Source: Candidatus Auribacterota bacterium
GTDB taxonomy: Bacteria > Auribacterota > UBA6266
DNA: 11,218 bases
Assembly (NCBI GenBank): GCA_023136205.1
Contig: JAGLRQ010000104.1
Location: forward strand, 1 to 11,218
Direction of reading: 5' to 3'
Positions 7,401-11,218 of the stretch are shown here, one piece after another. The notes under the pieces were generated by a model that ran no database searches, was not told where the DNA came from, and worked only from the letters and a program-made list of their open reading frames with translations. How positions within the stretch are numbered: position 1 is the stretch's first letter; the number at the start of each line of letters is the position of its first letter. A program made the translations under genes and the position numbers.

Positions 7401-8007
7401 ATTAAAAAACACTTTTGATAAATATTATCTTAATTTGCGCAGAAGAATGGCTTCTTCAGCAAGATGTATTTTTGGGCCTTACGAACTGAGAACTGCTACG
7501 GCCTTTATTTATATGGGTCAGAAATCAAGAGCGCTTACTTTGTTGAGATTTTTGTTAAAGTATCGTCAACCTGCCAGTTGGAATCAATGGGCAGAAGTAA
7601 TCGACAGTGACTACCGAGCTCCTTTCTATCTTGGCGATATGCCTCATACCTGGGTTGGGTCCGAATACTTGAATGCCGTAAGAAGTTTGTTTGTTTATGA
7701 GTTAAATAATAGATTGATTTTAGCTCATGGCGTGGATGAAAAGTGGCTTAAAGAAGGTGTTTCAGTCAAAGATATGCCGACTTATTATGGGAGCATAAGT
7801 TATAGGATTGAAAAAGAGGAGAATATTTTAAGGGCTAAATTTGAAGGCGACGTAACTTCGCCGCCAGGCGGTTTTGTTTTTAAAATACCATCGGCCGGTA
7901 AAGTCAAAGAAGTCGCTGTTGTTGAAGGAGTATCTGATGTTTTTTCAGAAGGTGAGGTAGTTTTTTATAAATTACCGGCTGAAATAAATGTTTATTATAA
8001 AGATTAA
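4411..8007 (+). CDS. secreted multidomain glycosidase-like protein: CBM-like N-domain + 2 F5/8 type C domains + beta-sandwich/(alpha/alpha)6-like module of unassigned family
   Basis: Long ORF. The start is ATG 4411 or the in-frame ATG 4429. AAGGA at 4414-4418 is 10 nt upstream of 4429, and MKISRKTIRTILIFAFALLFFCNINANA|EN is a clean signal peptide. Region ~4513-4990 has a galactose-binding-like/CBM11- or CIA30-like pattern (LDDF..W, GYVVV, FYIKGD..NLEFKL, EWKKIVL, IEFAIS..G.GTVCIDELSF). Discoidin domains lie at ~5000-5373 (AVDGNLETLWES..DPQWLDLDLG..YGYSLREVLV) and ~5386-5745 (ALDGRINTNWHS..RQWFKIDF..GFGIKEIEV). The remainder (5746-8004) carries six-hairpin-glycosidase-like motifs (YDKSWIRDGG, YGILPDSISHEGY, YWDNFWALEG, GDMPHTWVGSEYL, LILAHGVDEKWL) and is paralogous to 8712-10946. 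Confidence 0.92.
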   Translation: MKDELLMKISRKTIRTILIFAFALLFFCNINANAENNSRKILDDFNKINEWKMFQSEGVEFDLVPGKGFTGNCMRLDFDFTKRKGYVVVSKEVNIPLPEDYKFIFYIKGDSQDNNLEFKLMDDKGDTYWQKWENFKFTGEWKKIVLSKRNVAFGWGPGGGAGLEEIRKIEFAISCGEGGKGTVCIDELSFIGFKKAVSDIKMETKSSSFKNNKCKPKNAVDGNLETLWESKPSDPQWLDLDLGEVRKLTGVVLYWGKSYAKAYELLVSEDGKNWDSIYATVSSDGVVDDIYFNSTTARFLKILGRKRTLRYGYSLREVLVRTDAGGIFAEASSSKRSKKAQKALDGRINTNWHSRAKNRQWFKIDFREQKEIGGLFIHWHKDYAESYDISVSDDGKEWFTIYTTGKGNGGKDKIFFEETQTQFLKIELKESATKKGFGIKEIEVKAPAEDNALEKKYEIAAQESPPGYYPRWLTKEQAYWTIVGVSDDDKEALLCEDGTIEPHKKGFSIMPFLYLDGKLVTREDARVTQSLEKGYLPIPSVEWDYKNVIMDVKLFAYGKPEESIVYARYRIRNNREEEISGKLFLTIRPFQVYPPWQYIGGFSPIYNIRYKNHVIEINDKYKIFPLVKPEGFGVQPGLVHVDDLPEGDIVNIIQNGELPPKKDLLNNANWDSSDWDASAAIEYKVDLKPKAFMEFFVAIPLHDKEPDLKAKKRAGKVRAKFKRMLKETIAFWEAEVNRVEIDIPEVDIINTFKSNIAYNLITRDSFGFQPGSRNYDKSWIRDGGIVGSILLKLGFTDEMKKFIDWYTSYQYETGEIPPIVRPVEGPEPVDEYDSQGEFVFTILQYYLFSKDKEWLKGKLPNVIKALEYLVYLRNQRLTPEYKQVPAKKVFYGILPDSISHEGYVPPVHSYWDNFWALEGWKAGKEIAKILDRDDLSRWAEGEYQALKKSFYESLKLAMEQKKINYIPGCVEKGDHDATATAIAVIYCEELENLPQPQLKNTFDKYYLNLRRRMASSARCIFGPYELRTATAFIYMGQKSRALTLLRFLLKYRQPASWNQWAEVIDSDYRAPFYLGDMPHTWVGSEYLNAVRSLFVYELNNRLILAHGVDEKWLKEGVSVKDMPTYYGSISYRIEKEENILRAKFEGDVTSPPGGFVFKIPSAGKVKEVAVVEGVSDVFSEGEVVFYKLPAEINVYYKD

Positions 8008-8041
8008 AGGAAAAGAAGAAAGAAGGAGATGAATCAATAAA

Positions 8042-8662
8042 ATGAAAAAGTTATGTTTTCTCCTATGTTCACTTTTTTTAATAAACTTATTTAATATAGG
8101 ATTAACCATTGCTCAAGAAGATAATCTATTACTGAATCCGAGTTTTGAAGATGGAGGAAACCGTTTTGATTCTTGGACGGCAGAAGGGATTGCTACTTAT
8201 ATTTGGACCCAGCCCTGGCATGCTTATAAAGGGAACTGGGCATTTAGTATAGGTAATGATTTAGAATGGGCCTATGATGATAGCTGGGGATGTGTTTTTC
8301 AAGTTCTACTTGATCCAGGTGACCCGCAAAGTTTGTTTCCTGTTATTCAGGGAGATACATTTACTTTTGAAATGCGGCTGATGATTGAAAAAGGTTACAA
8401 AGGCAAAGCCGGCTTAAAGATTGAATTTTTTGGCTATGACAGGCGATTGGGATTTAAAGGTAAACCGTTAGCTTCTTTTCGAAGTGGAATTTGCAAAGAG
8501 AAAAATATTGGACAATGGTTGAGGTATAGAGTTAAAGGTCTTGTACCAGAGGGGACAGTTAGTGTAACCGTTTTTTGTATGAGTGAGGATATGCCTAAAG
8601 GAAGTAAATATGTTTTTTTTGATGCCGGAGTTGTTACAATTACCCCGGCTCTTTTATTGTAA
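8042..8662 (+). CDS. small secreted stand-alone CBM-like protein, paralog of 296-904
   Basis: AAGGAG at 8023-8028, 13 nt before ATG 8042. Signal peptide MKKLCFLLCSLFLINLFNIGLTIA|QED. Blocks shared with the 296-904 product: NLLLNPSFE[ED]G, GND..WA, FQV..DP, FTF, GKAGLK[LI]EFF.YDRRLG, P[IL]ASF, PE[DG]TVS, SEDMP, FD. Exact nucleotide matches are 8405-8419 = 650-664 and 8582-8597 = 821-836. Confidence 0.88.
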   Translation: MKKLCFLLCSLFLINLFNIGLTIAQEDNLLLNPSFEDGGNRFDSWTAEGIATYIWTQPWHAYKGNWAFSIGNDLEWAYDDSWGCVFQVLLDPGDPQSLFPVIQGDTFTFEMRLMIEKGYKGKAGLKIEFFGYDRRLGFKGKPLASFRSGICKEKNIGQWLRYRVKGLVPEGTVSVTVFCMSEDMPKGSKYVFFDAGVVTITPALLL

Positions 8663-8711
8663 CTTTCTTAAGTAATCGAAAAAGAAAATCAAAAAGGAGT
8701 TTTAAAAAGTT

Positions 8712-10946
8712 ATGCTTGCTATGGATAACATCAAAAAAGAAGATATTCCCAAATATCTTAAAGAGCAGAGAAGATGTCCGGTATGGAATACTTTTGATGA
8801 AATACGCGGGCTTGTAGGGGCAGAGGGCTCTAAATGTAAAACGATTGTGGGTAGGGATGGTTCTTTTGCTCCTGATCCTCACCCCCACCTGATTACTTTT
8901 TGGGTTTATAATCATGACGAGAAAGAACTATACACTCCTGAGCTGCTTGAAACGCGTTGGGAACTGGAAGATGGAAAACTGCCCATATCAATAGCAAAGT
9001 GGGAGAAGTCGGATATCGAAGTGACAACAACCGTTTTTGCTAATGAAATTAAAACCGGTGAGAGTTTGATAAATTTTGCAAGAACGTCTATTAAAAATAA
9101 AGGAGGCAAAGAGAGAAAATTATCTCTCTTCGCGGTTATCCGTCATTCCGGGCTTTCAAGGAGAAGAGACGTACAAGGTGTTAAAGAAATAGAGTGTGAT
9201 GGCAATAGTTTTATAAGAGTAAATAGAAAGGTGGGGTTGTGTTTAAAGAAAATGCCAGATGATTTTGGCGCCAGCACTTTTAAAGATGGAGATATTTGGG
9301 AATTTGCAAAAGATGGATTATTACCTCCGGATAAAAAGGTAACGGATGAATTCGGGTATGCTAGCGGCGCGGCTGTTTATAGGTCTATATTAAAGCAGGG
9401 GGAAAAGAAAACCTATGATTTTGCGGTGCCTTCCGGAATCGAAGAAAATAATAGTGATTCTATGAATATAATAAAAGATTTTGACTTAACTTCTAATCTT
9501 AAAAGCGTAAAAAAATATTGGCAGGAACGAATTCCTTTAGAATTAAACTTGCCTGATAAAGACTATTCGAACTGTTTATATTCTTCAATATATTATATTT
9601 TGATGAATATGACAGGAAAAGAACTTTGGCCGGGGCCTTATTTTTATGACGGCTTTACCCTCCATGATTCGGTGGAAATGGCAGACGCGTTAAATAAGGT
9701 TGGCCTGAGCGAAATTACAAAAGGGGCACTTTCATATTTTGATTATAAGGACGATGATCCATATATAGATGGACTTGGCGGCAGCATTTACGCTTTTTAT
9801 GAATATTATCGTATTACCGGAGATAAGAAATGGTTGGAAAAAAAATACCCTCAAATGCTTCGGGATTGTAAAAGGCTTAAATCTTTGCGAGCTGGACAGT
9901 TGACAGATGATTTAAAAGGCGGGCCTGTTTACGGATTGCTCCCGGAGAGTGTAAGCCAGGATAATTTTACCAGGAAAGCTCATCTGTATGTGGATAACTG
10001 GTGGGGACTTATCGGGATTAAAGCAGCACTTGAATCAGCTAAAGTTTTAAAAGAAGAAGATGACGTTACATGGCTTACCGGTGAGTATAAGTGTTTTTTT
10101 GAATGTCTTATTAACAGTTTTAAGAAAGTTATGAGGCGGGAGGAAGTTTCTTATATTCCTGCTTTTGCCGATTACTGGCCGCCGGACGAAAGGGTTGTAG
10201 ATAATGAACACCGTATTTTAGGTGAAACACAGATGGCATGGGCTCACCGCCCGGCACTTTTCCCGGGCTTGAGTTTGGGAATACCTGTTCCGTTGGATTT
10301 GCTTAAACAGTCGTATCAAGATTACTGGAAAAAGAGTGGACAGTTTTCAAATTATGATGGTGGGTGGTATGTAGAATATGAAGAATACTTCTGGGGCTAC
10401 AATGTTATGCTGGCGCATGCCCCTCTTTTTCTAAAGATGGAAGATGTAACTTTGAAAAATATGGAGTGGAGTATTAAACATCAGTCCTGTCCGGGCGGCT
10501 GGATGGAGGCAATGAATACCCGCCTTAATGAACAGGGATTTAGAGAGATAAGCGGGGGTGTGGTGTGTGATATCCCGCATGGTTGGTCTGCGGCGCATTA
10601 TGTTCTTACATTAAGAGATATGCTTCTGAGGGAAGAAAAGGGCAAGCTTATCCTTTTATCCTGTGTGCCGGAAAGCTGGCTGGCGGATGGTAAGCAGATA
10701 GAGGTAAAAAGAGCTGCTACCCATTTTGGCGGGGAGGCGAATTTTTGCCTTGAGAGCCACTTAAACGAGAAGTTTATAGAACTGATATTAAATTTCGAAA
10801 GAGTGCCTCCGGAAGGATATATTTTGGTATCACCTCTTAAAGAGAATATCAAAGCTGTTAAAATAGATGGCAAAAAATGGGAGAATTTTGAAGAAAAAAG
10901 AGTAAATATCCCCCAGACAGCCAGGAAAGTCCTGGTATATTATTAA
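8712..10946 (+). CDS. cytoplasmic (no signal peptide) beta-sandwich/(alpha/alpha)6-like glycosidase-like protein, paralog of the C-terminal ~750 aa of 4411-8007
   Basis: AAGGAG at 8694-8699, 12 nt before ATG 8712. The N-terminus is hydrophilic (MLAMDNIKKEDIPKYLKEQRR..). It aligns by eye along its whole length with residues ~450-1198 of the 4411-8007 product. Examples, this ORF first: GRDGSFAP..ITFWVY vs CEDGTIEP..SIMPFLY; YGLLPESVSQDNF vs YGILPDSISHEGY; YVDNWWGLIG vs YWDNFWALEG; SYIPAF vs NYIPGC; CDIPHGWSAAHYV vs GDMPHTWVGSEYL; LILLSCVPESWL vs LILAHGVDEKWL. Confidence 0.92.
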   Translation: MLAMDNIKKEDIPKYLKEQRRCPVWNTFDEIRGLVGAEGSKCKTIVGRDGSFAPDPHPHLITFWVYNHDEKELYTPELLETRWELEDGKLPISIAKWEKSDIEVTTTVFANEIKTGESLINFARTSIKNKGGKERKLSLFAVIRHSGLSRRRDVQGVKEIECDGNSFIRVNRKVGLCLKKMPDDFGASTFKDGDIWEFAKDGLLPPDKKVTDEFGYASGAAVYRSILKQGEKKTYDFAVPSGIEENNSDSMNIIKDFDLTSNLKSVKKYWQERIPLELNLPDKDYSNCLYSSIYYILMNMTGKELWPGPYFYDGFTLHDSVEMADALNKVGLSEITKGALSYFDYKDDDPYIDGLGGSIYAFYEYYRITGDKKWLEKKYPQMLRDCKRLKSLRAGQLTDDLKGGPVYGLLPESVSQDNFTRKAHLYVDNWWGLIGIKAALESAKVLKEEDDVTWLTGEYKCFFECLINSFKKVMRREEVSYIPAFADYWPPDERVVDNEHRILGETQMAWAHRPALFPGLSLGIPVPLDLLKQSYQDYWKKSGQFSNYDGGWYVEYEEYFWGYNVMLAHAPLFLKMEDVTLKNMEWSIKHQSCPGGWMEAMNTRLNEQGFREISGGVVCDIPHGWSAAHYVLTLRDMLLREEKGKLILLSCVPESWLADGKQIEVKRAATHFGGEANFCLESHLNEKFIELILNFERVPPEGYILVSPLKENIKAVKIDGKKWENFEEKRVNIPQTARKVLVYY

Positions 10947-10961
10947 TGGTCATTTGTGCAA
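10947..10961. repeat. copy 1 of a dispersed 15-mer direct repeat (TGGTCATTTGTGCAA); function unknown
   Basis: It starts 1 nt after the TAA stop at 10944-10946 and matches 11126-11140 (TGGCCATTTGTGCAA) at 14 of 15 positions, with an 11-nt exact core CATTTGTGCAA. Confidence 0.5.
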
Positions 10962-11125
10962 GAGCTTAAAATACAGGCAAATAACTGTAAGCTCATTGAA
11001 GAATAAGACTGTGCAGGTTTATACCTTCAAAGAAAACCATGAATTCCCTCTGTTGATTATCCATGGGGACAACACAAAACAGTAGTAACTGGAATTTAAA
11101 AAAACCTGCCATTTCTAAATGTGGC

Positions 11126-11142
11126 TGGCCATTTGTGCAAAT
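11126..11142. repeat. copy 2 of the 15-mer repeat, containing the small palindrome ATTTG-TG-CAAAT and abutting the -35 of the downstream promoter; candidate operator or activator site
   Basis: TGGCCATTTGTGCAA lies at 11126-11140. ATTTGTGCAAAT (11131-11142) is a 5-2-5 inverted repeat ending 1 nt before the TTGACA at 11144. Confidence 0.4.
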
Positions 11143-11143
11143 C

Positions 11144-11172
11144 TTGACAATGGATATTTTATGTGCTAAACT
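11144..11172 (+). promoter_or_regulatory. sigma70-like promoter with extended -10, reading out of the right end of the window
   Basis: TTGACA (11144-11149), 17-nt spacer, TGc-TAAACT (TG at 11164-11165, -10 at 11167-11172). It has the same TCTTGACA-N7-TTTTATGTG-N-TA layout as 194-220. No convincing ORF start lies within the remaining 46 nt. Confidence 0.55.
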
Positions 11173-11218
11173 ACTTTTCTTTTTCTAATCGTTTTTTCTT
11201 GAAATGTTTATGTTATTT

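Noticed and set aside
8029-8040. Mini-ORF ATG AAT CAA TAA between the Shine-Dalgarno and the ATG at 8042
   Set aside because: Its ATG directly abuts the AAGGAG with no spacer, so initiation there is unlikely. It only explains why the SD-to-start distance for 8042 is rather long at 13 nt.
8640-9109. Minus-strand ORFs 8640-8915 and 8912-9109
   Set aside because: They are antisense to the 3' end of the small paralog, the spacer, and the 5' end of the 744-aa gene. They show no translation signals and are compositionally odd, with Ser and Lys runs.
10598-10873. 91-aa minus-strand ORF inside the 744-aa gene
   Set aside because: It is antisense to a region conserved with the paralogous protein, so it is a shadow ORF.
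10962-10994. AT-rich inverted repeat GAGCTTA...TAAGCTC after the last gene, considered as the operon terminator
   Set aside because: It is only a 7-bp AT-rich stem with a 19-nt loop and no following U-tract, so it is too weak to call. I found no canonical intrinsic terminator for the cluster.
10993-11112. 39-aa minus-strand ORF (MAGFFKFQLLLFCVVPMDNQQREFMVFFEGINLHSLILQ) in the terminal non-coding region
   Set aside because: There is no Shine-Dalgarno and no promoter-like element upstream on the minus strand. It is short enough to arise by chance. It could only be rescued by ribosome profiling or conservation data.
11204-11218. ATG at 11204 (MFMLF..) as the start of the next gene
   Set aside because: No ribosome binding site precedes it, and only 5 codons are visible before the window ends. 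It cannot be supported.
1-11218. Defence system, mobile element, CRISPR array, tRNA/rRNA, or toxin-antitoxin content
   Set aside because: I looked for short regularly spaced repeats, terminal inverted repeats, integrase/transposase-like or nuclease/ATPase-like ORFs, and cloverleaf-capable segments on both strands, and found none. All large ORFs carry carbohydrate-active or carbohydrate-binding signatures.

Overview
AT-rich bacterial DNA. Shine-Dalgarno sites and TTGACA/-10 type promoters are visible. Everything credible is on the + strand and forms one glycan-binding and glycan-degrading gene cluster. In order: (1) the last 27 codons of a discoidin-domain protein (1-84); (2) a sigma70-like promoter (196-224); (3) a small secreted stand-alone CBM-like protein (296-904); (4) a secreted GH2 glycosidase with a C-terminal F5/8 type C (discoidin) domain (1037-4276); (5) a 1198-aa secreted protein (4411-8007) with an N-terminal CBM-like domain, two discoidin domains and a ~750-aa beta-sandwich + (alpha/alpha)6-like module that I cannot place in a named GH family by eye; (6) a second copy of the small CBM-like protein (8042-8662); (7) a 744-aa paralog of that ~750-aa module with no signal peptide (8712-10946). 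The window ends with ~270 nt of non-coding DNA carrying a second promoter that is almost a twin of the first. I see no rRNA, tRNA, CRISPR array, transposase, integrase, toxin-antitoxin or recognisable defence gene. Three things could be undescribed: the paired secreted/cytoplasmic unclassified six-hairpin-like enzymes, the duplicated stand-alone CBM-like proteins interleaved with them, and the shared promoter architecture plus GC-rich structured intergenic elements. All family assignments come from motif recognition by eye, not from searches, and no identities were computed.
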